DNA of 63,507 nt, filler included, from Octopus bimaculoides (Eukaryota), in the NCBI RefSeq assembly GCF_001194135.2. It is 5 parts of 4 records of this genome, joined end to end, with 100 filler letters (N's around TTAATTAATTAA, not from the genome) between each part and the next. Parts side by side here need not be neighbours in the genome. Positions count along the whole stretch, not along the records: positions 1 to 27,689 come from NC_068990.1; positions 27,790 to 44,201 come from NC_068982.1; 3 more parts are not named here. One strand, 5' to 3'. The translations under genes and the position numbers were made by a program. The number at the start of each line of letters is the position of its first letter. The first letter of the stretch is position 1. Under the pieces are notes generated by a model, which worked only from the letters and a program-made list of their open reading frames with translations, made no database searches and was not told where the DNA came from. Below, in pieces: positions 13,810 to 29,075 of this stretch.

Positions 13810-14049
13810 TGTGAAGTATTTTCAGTTTCAGTTAAGCACTATATAGATATACAGATATTAATATACATATGCATAAACTCCTCAGCAGGTGTGAATATAG
13901 CCGATTTCTCCTCCTCCTCCTCCACCTCCTCCTCCTTCTTCTTCTCCAAGAAAGAAAGAAAGAAACAAAGAAAGAAAGAAAGAAAGAACAGAAAGAAAGA
14001 AAGAAAGAAAGCCGTTACGATTTCCGCAAAGCAAATTATTCAAAAATCG

Positions 14050-14215
14050 GGGTGAGCTGACAGAATCGTAATCAACTCGTACAAAATGCTTTGCGGCATT
14101 TATTCCGGTTATTTGCGTTTTAAGTTCAAATCCCACCGAGATCAACTTTGCTTCTCATCACGTGGGGGTCGATGAATTGTACCAGTCAAGTGCTGAAGTC
14201 GATGTAAACGAACTG
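14050..14215 (+). mobile_element. SINE family B, diverged
   Basis: GTGAGCTGACAGAATCG...AGTTCAAATCCCACCGAGATCAACTTTGC core. Confidence 0.7.
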
Positions 14216-14377
14216 CATCCCAAATTTCAAAACTGCCAGCCCTGAATCAGCAACGGACCGGTTTAACGTAGAGTTGTGTTCTCGTTCACTTATACGATAT
14301 GGGAACCGCATGACCAGCCGTATGTTCCTTAGTGTTCAAGAAATATTTTAAACAAATCTATCCGATACGATAAAGCA

Positions 14378-14417
<40 letters not shown>

Positions 14418-14418
<1 letters not shown>

Positions 14419-14842
14419 GGCGCAGGAGTGGCTGTGTGGTATGTAGCTTGCTTTCCAACCATATGGTTCTGGGTCCATTCCCACTGCCTGGCACCTTGGG
14501 CAAGTGTCTTCTACTATAGCTTCGGGCCGACCAAAGCCTTGTGAGTGGATTTGGTAGACGGAAACTGAAAGAAGCCCGTCGTATATATGTATATANNNNN
14601 NNNNNNNNNNNNNNNNNNNNNNNNNNNNNNNNNNNNNNNNNNNNNNNNNNNNNNNNNNNNNNNNNNNNNNNNNNNNNNNNNNNNNNNNNNNNNNNNNNNN
14701 NNNNNNNNNNNNNNNNNNNNNNNNNNNNNNNNNNNNNNNNNNNNNNNNNNNNNNNNNNNNNNNNNNNNNNNNNNNNNNNNNNNNNNNNNNNNNNNNNNNN
14801 NNNNNNNNNNNNNNNNNNNNTGACAACTCAGTATAAAAACTC

Positions 14843-14877
<35 letters not shown>

Positions 14878-15120
14878 GTTTGTGTGTGTGTATGTGTCTC
14901 TGTGTGTGTCTCTGTGTGTGTGTTTGTGTGTGTGTTTGTCCCCCAACATCGCTTGACAACCGATGCCGGTGTCTTTACGTCCCCGTAACCTAGCGGTTCG
15001 GTAAAAGAGATCGATAGAATAAGTACTAGGTTTCCAAAGAATAAATCCTGGAGTCAATTTGCTCGACTAAAGGCGGTGCTCCAGCATGGCCGCAGTCAAA
15101 TGACTTAAACAAGTAAAAGA
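14418..15120 (+). mobile_element. SINE family A, full length (internal N gap)
   Basis: A-box-like TGGCTGTGTGG, B-box-like GGTCCATTCCC, and both conserved halves present. Confidence 0.85.
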
Positions 15121-15320
15121 GAGAGTATACATACAAACATACTCACATGCATGCATACATGCATGCATACATACATACATACATACATACATACATGTGT
15201 ACATAGATCTACCCTCTCAACATCAAAGAAGTTGGAAATTACAGGCCCAAGAGGACATTTGTGAACTATTGATAGAAGCAAAAGGTTAAGTGCCAACCCG
15301 CCTGATGCAAAGTATGACTA

Positions 15321-15497
15321 AAATTGAGCTCTTGGAGTGAGAGCACAACCCCTTAATTCATGCACTATAATTGATCACAATATCCTTGAATTCGGAATAA
15401 TGTGGTTCCGAAGTGAAATTCTTAAATCACACAATCATGCCAGCAATATGTACGTTCGTTGTCAAATTCTTTACGGTCGGAGCTGAAACCCAGAGAT
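15321..15497 (+). repeat. Near-identical copy of the internal segment of the 12537-12826 element
   Basis: Matches 12577-12752 with about three differences but lacks the termini. Followed by (ATT)n(ACT)n. Confidence 0.9.
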
Positions 15498-15505
15498 CAA
15501 ATTCG

Positions 15506-15614
<109 letters not shown>

Positions 15615-15639
15615 TCATTATAATTATTATTATTGTGTG

Positions 15640-16107
15640 AGAGAGCAATGCATGCCATCAAAGTCACACTGTGGTAACATATACGAAGCCCAATATATCC
15701 ATTATGACTACCTGTCTGATAAGGGTACACCAAGCACATTCATCTCAGCCATATGTGCGTGACATGGTGATCTCATATCAAGATAGACAGCGCAGGTGGG
15801 GCCCAGTTAGAATTTTCTTCAAGTTGAGCAACCCATCCCAATCGGAAGGTCCCTGAATAAGGGCTGTTTAAGGATGTTGAACGAAACACCCATGTTTCCA
15901 GAGGTGAATTATTCAAACTCCAAAGAATTCCTCTCAACACATGGCTATGATGTCCCCCCCCCCACTACTTCTACTCGTGATCAGAGATGCAGATATCATC
16001 ATCCACCAAGTGACATGCTCAACTGGTTAAGGTCAAACACTGACAAGCAAATCTGTGGTATTGAGCAGAATATTTGTTGTAGCCTATGTTTTCTACCATG
16101 ACAAAAC
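15640..16107 (+). repeat. Unclassified dispersed repeat, possibly a LINE 3' region
   Basis: Non-coding block bounded by (ATT)n arrays on both sides. No second copy in the window. Confidence 0.35.
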
Positions 16108-16121
16108 GTTATTATTATTAA

Positions 16122-16178
<57 letters not shown>

Positions 16179-16243
16179 CAATATTATTATTATTTTTATT
16201 ATTATTGTTGTTGTTGTTGTTGTTATTGTTGTTGTTGTTGTTT

Positions 16244-18485
<2,242 letters not shown>

Positions 18486-19345
18486 GATTGTTATCGCTTT
18501 TGTTTTGTTTTCCTTTTTTTTTGTCTTTGCCTTTTGTTTCGTCTCAAATCGAACCTATCACAAAACGAGATTTTATATAAATTGTCTGCAAATTTCCACA
18601 GAAATCTAGATATCTTTGCTGTTTCTTATTTTCAACTACTCATATAAGCGTGCTTATGCGTTTATATATATATGTGTGTATATGTGTATGTGTAAGTGTG
18701 TGAATGTGTAAGTATATATATATATATATATACATATATATATACATAGATATATATATACATGCACACACATCTATATGTATGTATGTANNNNNNNNNN
18801 NNNNNNNNNNNNNNNNNNNNNNNNNNNNNNNNNNNNNNNNNNNNNNNATATATATATATATATACACATATGGTTGTGTATGTATGTAAGTTATGTGTGT
18901 GTGTGATGGCGAACTAATAGTCTGATATTGCAATATTATTTGTTATTCGTCTGTCTTAAGTTCTGGCAAATTCAATTATGGAGCTGTCTCGGTGCTACAC
19001 TAATTGTAATATATCTATCATATAACATATGTGAAGACCCTACCGCCAAAAACACCCACCGCACACCGTCACCACCAACACCACCAAGACCATCAACACC
19101 ACAAACCTCATAACAACAACTATATACAACTCAGCACCACTAAGGCCGCCACCACCATCACCACTACCACCACTACCACCACCACCACCACAAGCAGCAA
19201 ATCTACAACCACAAACACCGCCACCACTTTTCAACAGAATCGATCTACGCTCTAATTTACTACACATCGTCTATACACGTTATGCTACGTTGCCAGTTTA
19301 TATCTTACCCAACTATACACTGTGAAATTAATCATTACTTACACA

Positions 19346-19400
<55 letters not shown>

Positions 19401-19798
19401 CCACATATACTCACACACACACACACACACACGCACACAGATATACACGCACACAAGCGCACAAACACAAACACACGAGCGCCCTCAAACACAGACGCGC
19501 ACATTCACAGAGACGCATATACGCGCTCATATATTCATGTATATACGCATTATGTTCATACACAGACATATATATATATATTAACATACGCGTACAGCAC
19601 GCGCGCGCGCGCTCGTGTGCATGAATACTTTCGAGCGTTATGCATATATATGACTGTGTGTTTGCGTATGTGTATGTATGAATTTATGTATCCCTATATA
19701 GATATATACTGATATGTTTGTGTATGTATGAATATATTATGCTAGGTAAATATCCTATATGTAAGTGTATATGTACATACACACACACTCCCCCCACA

Positions 19799-19857
<59 letters not shown>

Positions 19858-21998
19858 NNNNNNNNNNNNNNNNNNNNNNNNNNNNNNNNNNNNNNNNNNN
19901 NNNNNNNNNNNNNNNNNNNNNNNNNNNNNNNNNNNNNNNNNNNNNNNNNNNNNNNNNNNNNNNNNNNNNNNNNNNNNNNNNNNNNNNNNNNNNNNNNNNN
20001 NNNNNNNNNNNNNNNNNNNNNNNNNNNNNNNNNNNNNNNNNNNNNNNNNNNNNNNNNNNNNNNNNNNNNNNNNNNNNNNNNNNNNNNNNNNNNNNNNNNN
20101 NNNNNNNNNNNNNNNNNNNNNNNNNNNNNNNNNNNNNNNNNNNNNNNNNNNNNNNNNNNNNNNNNNNNNNNNNNNNNNNNNNNNNNNNNNNNNNNNNNNN
20201 NNNNNNNNNNNNNNNNNNNNNNNNNNNNNNNNNNNNNNNNNNNNNNNNNNNNNNNNNNNNNNNNNNNNNNNNNNNNNNNNNNNNNNNNNNNNNNNNNNNN
20301 NNNNNNNNNNNNNNNNNNNNNNNNNNNNNNNNNNNNNNNNNNNGTCGATCTAGTGCATATACATTGTATGTATGGGTGTGTATGTTTGTGTGTGTATATA
20401 CATATATAATCATATACGAGTATTTGGGCTTGCATCTGTCAGTATGCGTGTGGGCGCGTGGGATGTGTGTAATAATAAATTTAGGTGTCTACAAGGAAAA
20501 ATGATTGCACGAGTATATAGAACCAAATATGGTGTGCGCGTGTAATTAAGTGTGCGTGTGCGTGTGTTTTGTATGTGTATGTACATATATATTAGCATAA
20601 ATATCGATATATTTGTGCGTGCGTATATGTATGTTTCAATGTATGTATATATATATATATATATCAGTATGTGTATGACTATGTTGTCATATATATATAC
20701 ATGATGTTGCGTATAACAGAATTCCATGTGTACGTGTATGTGCTTGTATAAGTGTATGTACATATATTATGTACGTATATGTGTGTGTATGATAATGTAT
20801 ATGCATACAATTGATCCATCCATCTGTTTATATATGCATAATTCGATCTGTATACATACACACACACACACGTATATTTTTACGTATATATGTATATGTG
20901 TATGTGTGAGTGTGCGCATATACATATATTGATATCGTATCGTATGGTCTTACGCCAGTCTACGTTGATGAACGGGGCAACAATTTTTCAAGACGGGACA
21001 AAAAGTCAGCCATGTTTTGTGGAGCGCAACCGGATGTAATTACCTTAGTTGAATTAGATTTTTCTTTGGCTTATATACCGCTTCGCTAAGGAATTATCTA
21101 GAAAAGCTTTCCTCTACAATTTATCTTGTATAATTATGCGGCGTTGCTATTTATTGCTAACAAAGTAGCTTGAAAGCCAACCAAATACTTAGAGTTTCTA
21201 ACCAACAGCCACTTAGTACGAACGACGGAGAATGATGGCAGCGGCGGCGGCAGTGATGATGATTATGATGATGATGATGACGGTGGTGGTGGTGGTGGTG
21301 GTGGTGGTGGAGGCCAGTGGTGGAGATTGAACAGTGAGGTGCAGTGGTATTTGGTTGGTGTGCTAGAATGTTGGTGAATGTAGTGGTGTTAGTGCTATTG
21401 GATGTAATGATGCTAGTGTTGTTGTTGTTGCTGTTGTAGTTGTTGTTACTGTTGTTGTTCTTGTTGCTGTTAGTGGTGGTGGTGGTGTTAGTGGTGGTGT
21501 TGGGATTGCTGGTCAGGTGGGAAATATTTATATATCATAGCTATATTCATAATTACTTATCAAAAGTAATATACTGCAAAACATATATTTTTTATGATGA
21601 TGATGATGATCATCATTTTCATCATCATCATCATCATCAACAGCAGCAGCAATACCAGCCTCATCACCATCACCAACAACATCCTTCTCATCATCATCGT
21701 CATCATCATTATTTCTCCCATTATTATTGGAGGCCTCTGTCTGCTTTTAGGCTTTCAATTCCGATTTTGTCGAAAACTTTGTTGTAAACTATTATGCATG
21801 AAGGTACATTTTTTTCTCTTAAATAACGGTAACACAACTTTGTCCATAGTAAGCATCGGTTCCGGTTAAAGTTATCAGCGAGAGAATACTGTATATAGGA
21901 GATAACTTTTTTAATGTTTCTTTCCTCACCGCTGGTGAACAAAGCATATACGTGTATATTTTATCTTAAATACACGAGTTCCGGAAAGACATACATAC

Positions 21999-22040
<42 letters not shown>

Positions 22041-22067
22041 CAAGCACACACACACATATATACATAT

Positions 22068-22299
22068 AGGCGGCGAGCTGGCAGAAACGTTAGCACGCCG
22101 GCCGAAATGCTTAACGGTATTTCGTCTGCCGCTACGTTCTGAGTTCAAATTCCGCCGAGGTCGACTTTGCCTTTCATCCTTTCGGGGTCGATTAAATAAG
22201 TACCAGTTACGCACTGGGGTCGGTATTATCGACTTAATCCGTTTGTCTGTCCTTGTTTGTCCCCTCTGTGTGTAGCCCCTTGTGGGTAGTAAAGAAATA
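22068..22299 (+). mobile_element. SINE family B, full length, with alternative 3' tail
   Basis: Complete head and core, then the tail TTTGTCCCCTCTGTGTGTAGCCCCTTGTGGGTAGTAAAGAAA. Confidence 0.9.
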
Positions 22300-22427
22300 A
22301 CACACATATATACATACATAGATATACGTACAAACACACACGCACGCACACACATACACACACATATATGCATACATACATACATAAATACACACACGCA
22401 CAACACGCACATACACACACATATTAC

Positions 22428-22473
<46 letters not shown>

Positions 22474-22621
22474 CATATATATATTTATTTATGGGTTTCA
22501 GCCAAGTGGCTGTGGTCATGTTGGAGCACCACCGTAATTTTCCGTCTTTATGCTGTGCTCTCTTCATGCTCCCTGCATGGCTCTTCTCCTCCACCTGATA
22601 TATATATATATATATATATAT

Positions 22622-22727
22622 ACAGGGTGTCCACAAAGTCTGGGTACATGGAGTAAATAAAATCATAACATAAGCAATTAAATATTAGAAATAATAATTT
22701 CTTAAAGTATGTGTTAATCCCTATGTA
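22622..22727 (+). mobile_element. Tc1/mariner-type left end inserted in a (TA)n array
   Basis: TA|CAGGGTGTCCACAAAG terminus typical of Tc1/mariner TIRs. Runs into an N gap. Confidence 0.55.
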
Positions 22728-23103
22728 NNNNNNNNNNNNNNNNNNNNNNNNNNNNNNNNNNNNNNNNNNNNNNNNNNNNNNNNNNNNNNNNNNNNNNNNN
22801 NNNNNNNNNNNNNNNNNNNNNNNNNNNNNNNNNNNNNNNNNNNNNNNNNNNNNNNNNNNNNNNNNNNNNNNNNNNNNNNNNNNNNNNNNNNNNNNNNNNN
22901 NNNNNNNNNNNNNNNNNNNNNNNNNNNNNNNNNNNNNNNNNNNNNNNNNNNNNNNNNNNNNNNNNNNNNNNNNNNNNNNNNNNNNNNNNNNNNNNNNNNN
23001 NNNNNNNNNNNNNNNNNNNNNNNNNNNNNNNNNNNNNNNNNNNNNNNNNNNNNNNNNNNNNNNNNNNNNNNNNNNNNNNNNNNNNNNNNNNNNNNNNNNN
23101 NNN

Positions 23104-24035
23104 TTCTGATATAGTTACAAGGCTAGCAGTTTGCAAGAGATGGATAGCGAACATGTTATGCCACGCCTGCAACCCAGATGGCACTGGCAATAAACCAGTC
23201 TGACCGGTAGAACGCGTCCTTACCTCCGCTTCCTGTGACAGGATGCGTTCTATTGGTCACGCGTTCCATCTATAGTCAGCGCTCTCTGGATGACGGGCTT
23301 GGCATGCCATGCTTACAATGCGATGACACGTGCTGTAGCTACGCCATTTACGGATTTTCTTGGACGGTGAGCCTATGTGGTCTCCATTTGTAAGACACAC
23401 TCTAACGTAACTAATCTCTTTGATGGCGTCACAATCCTAGGTCAAGAAAAGATGAAGATTAGTCACTTAGCATCCAGAGTGTCGTCAGGCACTCACTGCT
23501 CTCTGCCAGTCGGGCAATACGGTCGATGATAGTTCTACGGTAGCAATGTATAATAAATTAATGGTGGGTAAGAGCGATAACGTTTTCGGGCAAACTCTTG
23601 GTGTCGACGAAGATAAACTAACTAGTCTATTTCGGAGGACTTTGGGCAGTGCTACCAAGGAGCACTGTAAATCCGAAATAAACTCTGCAAGCACAGAATG
23701 TTGTCAGGCGTGACTGTCCTAGATGCACGAAGAGCAACAAAACCGTTCTGCATGCACTTGCGTTGTGTCCGAGTATTGCTGAGTTGTGAAGTTATGTTGA
23801 ACAGCTGTTACCGTGTGTGGGACGAATCCGACTATCAATCTTGAAGATCACTCTACCGTCCACCTTTAAAAAGGAAGGACCTACGGTGTCCCTCTATCTA
23901 GTGGCTATGGAGAAAGAGGAAGTGTGGTGGAAGAGGCTGAAAGGATTGAGGGAAAACACCTTCATCTTCGGTCAAGTTCAGTGAATTTCTGAAAAAATGG
24001 GTGTCTGTCATGAAAATGGCTTGAGTAAATGGCTT
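23104..24035 (+). mobile_element. Decayed L1/Tx1-type ORF2 3' region (zf-RVT-like Cys/His finger)
   Basis: Frameshifted pieces DDGLGMPC, LRHLRIFLDGEPMWSPFVR, GQCYQGAL*IRNKL, and CPRCTKSNKTVLHALALCPSIAEL*SYVEQLL...EVWWKRLKG. Confidence 0.8.
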
Positions 24036-24065
24036 TACATACATACATACATACAAACGAAACTA

Positions 24066-24175
24066 CCCTGTTGTTGATGTTAAAATTCCAATAAAAGAGC
24101 CTTGGATCGAGGTTAGAAACCGGCTCTTTCTCTGTTGGTTAGAAATCTTGAGTTAAAACTGAATAATGACATACG
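24066..24175 (+). repeat. Short dispersed repeat family C
   Basis: CCTGTTGTTGATGTT.AAATTCCAAT...GGTTAGAAACCGG...GAATAATGAC. Further copies at about 24508-24580 (internally deleted) and 56178-56282. Confidence 0.8.
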
Positions 24176-24966
24176 TAAATATACACTGCCTAAATACCAA
24201 TCTTGAGAAATTAGGCTTCTCAAAACCAGAAAGAAGAAAGCCAATTCGAAGACTACATATCCAAGCCATCACTGGAACTGTAAAAAAATGTAAAACTTTC
24301 CAGAAGTTTATCCTTTAAGTATATATGAGCGTGTCTCGGTATGCAACTATATGCATGAGAAGACATACAAGGCATACAAATATGCACACATACATACATA
24401 CATACATACATACATACATACATACATGCATACATACATACATACATACATACATACATACATACATACATACATACATGCATATATATACATGCATACA
24501 AAAATATCATGTTGATGTTATTGAAATTCCAATGAAGAAGCCTTGGATCTTTATTGGCAAGAAATCTTGCAATAAAACTGAAAAACTACATATTAACACA
24601 TATACATACATACACAATCAAAATTATTCTATTATGTCACTCATGTTCTTTGATAGTATAGACACAACATCGATTTTCCCGAAACTTTGGTTCCAAAGCC
24701 TTTCTAGATAACTGATTTTTACGAGCCAAGGGTGTCAACTTGTTCACACATTCTAAATTAAACAAATGCTATTACTTATATAGTTAAATGAAATACAGTT
24801 TCCTCTACTTTAGGTATAAATGATACAAGTTTATTAATACTGTACAGTGCACGGTTCCAATCTGTGCAAGGTACCAGTCAACTAGTCTGGTGGACAACGT
24901 TAATTATAGTTAGAACAATGGACAAGACAAGGCAAGAAATGAAACCTTGTAGTTTAGTACTTTACA

Positions 24967-25193
24967 TTAACAATTTAACATTCAAACCGACCACATCCAG
25001 TCTAAATATTCTATCACTTTTTTGTTAAAACTGGCCAAATCTGGCCACTCACACATATCTTACAAGGTCATTCTAACAATAAGCAATCACACCATGAAAG
25101 TCTTTAAGCTAGAAGATAATGTATGATTAATTCAAATTAATATGAATAAATAATCATTATATTTGGGAGAGTAATCTGAACGTTCAAGGATTA
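24967..25193 (+). mobile_element. Degenerate piggyBac-type MITE
   Basis: Starts TTAACAATTTAACATTC and ends GAACGTTCAAGGATTA, a decayed TTAA-CCCTTTAGCATT...AATGCTAAAGGG-TTAA architecture. Confidence 0.5.
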
Positions 25194-25411
25194 TAGTATG
25201 CAGGAATCGATGTAAGGTGAGGTTAGTAAGTGTGGTTTCATCCCAGTTAGTTATCATTTCACTTCACTTGGCTGGTGATTACCGTTCTAAACGCTTACAT
25301 TGATTCATTTGAAAGATAACACTTGCTTAGCTGGAAGTATTTTTCCTTCATTAGAGGTATGAATAGTATGGGTGTGTATGTGTGTGTGCGTATGTGTATA
25401 TATGTGAGTGC

Positions 25412-25521
<110 letters not shown>

Positions 25522-25667
25522 ATTCATAGGATGAAGCCATTTCATCAGATATATTATTTGAATCACTCATATTATTTCTCTTCACTATAAAAGCTGTCTG
25601 CAGCCGACATGGCAAAAAGAATCCACAACTTGAAAATAACTGATTAATTGCCTATTGTAATTATAAA

Positions 25668-25825
25668 CAGGAGTGGCTGTGTGATAAGTAGCTTGCTCAT
25701 CAACTACATGGTTCCGCGTTCAGTCCCACTGCGTGACACCTTGGGCAAGGGTCTGCTACTATAGCCTCAGGCCGACCAAAGCCTTGTGAGTGGATTTGGT
25801 AGACGGAAACTGAAAGAAGCCCGTT
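25668..25825 (+). mobile_element. SINE family A 5' half
   Basis: GGAGTGGCTGTGTGATAAG...GTTCAGTCCCACTGCG...GAAACTGAAAGAAGCCCG. Confidence 0.85.
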
Positions 25826-26088
25826 GTATATATGTATATACACACACACACATATATATATATTATTTAAAAGAGTGCCAACTCAGTCTGTTTTTTATGT
25901 TTTATTTATATTCTTATAAAATTAATGTGGGATATAGAATATGGAATATACAATATAAATAGTAAAATGAAATGAATTATTGAATGTCTTATTGAATATA
26001 TGAAATATTGAGTATTAAATATAGAATATAAAATATATAAGGACTAGTATACTTTCCTGCCTCATGGCAGTCATCAAGATAGATAGCT

Positions 26089-26169
<81 letters not shown>

Positions 26170-26261
26170 AAGAATGATAGATATAAATCATTAAGGTGGC
26201 TATTCGCAATTTAGAACCGAAAGGCACCAAGTATTAAAGTGACGGAGGGTGCTAGTAAGCA

Positions 26262-26398
26262 CCAGCATTGCTAGAAATAAGAGTTAAAACAACTCTTAGC
26301 CACGTGTGATCACTTTTCCAAAGACTGACAAGAGAGCCTGTCTCCTTTGGTCTTACGTAGCTAAGAGTTGTTTTGACTCTTATTTCTAGCAATGCTGG
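26262..26398. repeat. 137-bp foldback with 44-bp arms
   Basis: 26262-26305 and 26355-26398 are reverse complements with 2 mismatches. Confidence 0.9.
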
Positions 26399-26399
26399 G

Positions 26400-26748
26400 A
26401 CATGGCCTTGAAGGGTTTAAACGAAAAATGTCAACCCCAGTAGTTATTTTTAAAACCCCGGTACTTATCCTATCTATCTCGCTTCACTGAACCGCTAATT
26501 TACAAGGACGTAAGCAAACCAATACTGGTTGTCACTCTATGTTGGATGTACGAACCGAGACACAAAGGCTCACACAGAAACATATTTATATTCGGCGGGC
26601 TTCTTTTTGTCTACTAAATCCATTCATGAGGTTTTGGTCAACCCGTTGTGATAGCAGAAGACACTCACCTAAGGTGTCACACAGTGGGACCTGAACCCGG
26701 AACCATGTTGCTGAAAAGGAAACTTCTGACCACACAACCACGCCTGCA
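26400..26748 (-). mobile_element. SINE family A, diverged
   Basis: Both halves are recognisable on the minus strand. Confidence 0.7.
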
Positions 26749-27470
26749 TAATTTGTTTTTTCTATTTTTCTTCTTTCATGTCCAGGTTTCATGTCCTGGT
26801 TTTTGAGCTTAACATTGGAATTTAGCAAATCACATGTTTATTATTTATATACACCATTCCTGTTGCTAAATTCTGAAGCACACCTAGTTACATGTTACGT
26901 GTACTATCTTACATGAGTCACCATAGTCACAGTAAGATGCCGGTAGTGAGGTGCGAACTAGGTGTTAAATGCACTACATAATGCCCAAAGTTGACCCATT
27001 ACGACCAGTCCATTGTTGTATAATGGTGAGTACAGCATCAGAAATTTGCGGTCCTTCGCTTAAATCAGCTGTTCATAAGCCTTACTGCACCACTGACTGG
27101 TTTCTTAGAAGAGAATTTTGCACGAACGGAGGATGGTTCAGATCATGCGCATAACAGAACACAATAAAGTGCATAATATATAATTTATAATATATATATG
27201 TAATGTATAATTTATAATATATAATATATAAGCGTATAATATATATTACATACATCAATAATGCATATATAAGGCAAAAACACAGGACTGCAATAGAGAA
27301 TAAAATAGAAATAAAATTTTAAAATTTATTCTTACTTTGCGGCCTGGTACTAAATGATCCAAGATTCCATGTTTGAGGAACTCTGCCTTAAATGATTAAA
27401 AAAAAAAACAGAGATACATATTGCAGAAGGAACCTCAACAGATAGATAGATAGATAGATAGATAGATAGG

Positions 27471-27689
27471 TTTCTTTATTAGCCACACAGGGCTCAACAC
27501 AGAGGGGACAAAATACAAATGTAGAGTTTTTTCTTTTCGAGGGGGGCGAAAACAAAGCAGAAAAAAAACAAAAGTGGGGACAACGTTGAAAAAAAAAAAA
27601 AACATCGCAAAACGTTTGGGGTATTTACAAAAAATACGAAATAATACAGAAAATTCCCAATAAATGGGGAGGTTATCCGTGGAAAGAAA
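27471..27689 (-). mobile_element. LINE-like 3' UTR ending AATAAAGAAA, followed by (TATC)n
   Basis: T-rich 3' UTR, AATAAA near the end, and last 42 nt 36/42 identical to the SINE tail at 22256-22297. Clade assignment (Tx1) is inferred. Confidence 0.55.
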
Positions 27690-27789
27690 NNNNNNNNNNN
27701 NNNNNNNNNNNNNNNNNNNNNNNNNNNNNNNNNTTAATTAATTAANNNNNNNNNNNNNNNNNNNNNNNNNNNNNNNNNNNNNNNNNNNN
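27690..27789. other. Synthetic assembly spacer N44-TTAATTAATTAA-N44
   Basis: Exactly 100 bp, with a six-frame stop linker in the middle. Confidence 0.95.
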
Positions 27790-28889
27790 GTGTGTGCGTA
27801 TGTATGTGTGTGTGTGTGTGTGTGCATGGTTTGGTGGTTTATCTGTTAGTGTGTTTGTGTGTGTGTGTGTGTGTATGACGTAGTGGAAGAAATTAGTAGC
27901 AGGACTGGTTAGTGGACGCTATAGACAGTGTAGGTAGAAGGTCAACAGGTGGTTATTTGAGTGTGTGTGTGTTCGTGTTTGTGTGGGGTTGTAGGTGTTA
28001 GGTACGTGTACGTGTGTGTGTGTATTTTGTATGTGCGCGTGTGTGTATGTGTATGTTTTCTGTGCGTGCGTGTGTGTTTGTGTGTATGTGTATGTTGTGT
28101 GTATGTGCGTTGTGTGTGTGTATGCATACATATGCATATATTTAAATGTATACATGCATGTAGTTATGTATGTAACTGTGTCTATCAAAAATTGAGTTTA
28201 CGCTTGTCGATTGGACGTTTTTATGATTATTTAATGCTATTCATATGGTAACTGTTTACCCAACTTACAGATTTCTAAACTTGGCATATCTCAAAGATAC
28301 ACTTTCTGTTTCAGTTATATTTCACAGTGAATCATTTACATTTTTCCTATTCTTACTTTCTCTCTAGATTCCTTTCTTCCAATCTCATTTTTTTTCCTCT
28401 CTGATTTTTTTTGTTTTTGTTTTTGTTTTTGTTTTTATTTCGTTTTCTTCGTTTCTTTCTTCGTTTTCTTCTACTATTTTATTTGTTGCTTATTTCTAAA
28501 TAAACTCATTCTTGTATAATTGACTGTATTGGCTTTATTAAAAAATATAATTATAATTGATGCATATTAACTCTAAGTCATTAAATGTGATTAGTATGGT
28601 TTCATATTCATGTCAGATGTATTAACTTTAACTAAGGGTGAAACGGATTATTCTTCTCAGTCGGTTTCAATTTAAAATAAATCCAGATATATATATTACT
28701 ATAACATATTCGCTGGTACACTAATGAAGAAGCTTGGTTATGTTGTTGCTTAGCCCGAGGCTAGTCATATTCCAGAACAATCCGGATATGACTAACTTAT
28801 TCCGGACTTGCCCAAATGTTAGCGGTATGTAGGACAATATTTTCTTATTTAAGAATGTAGCATGAAGTTTGTTGGAGAACTGAATGCCG

Positions 28890-29075
28890 TTTCCTGCAGT
28901 TCGAGAGACCACGTAGAGGTTCATTATAAGTTCGAATGCTGTCGAGGTTAACTTTGTGTCTCATTGTTTCGTGGTCGATAAAATAAGCACCAGTTCAGCA
29001 GTGGGGGTTGATGTAATAGACAAACCACCCACATCACCATAATTGCTGGCCCTGTGGCAAAATTTGAGACCATTA
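28890..29075 (+). mobile_element. SINE family B, diverged
   Basis: AGTTCGAATGCTGTCGAGGTTAACTTTG...GTCGATAAAATAAGCACCAG core. Confidence 0.6.

Noticed and set aside
14418-14490. tRNA gene
   Set aside because: Only A/B-box-like SINE heads are present. No cloverleaf can be formed, and non-tRNA repeat body follows.
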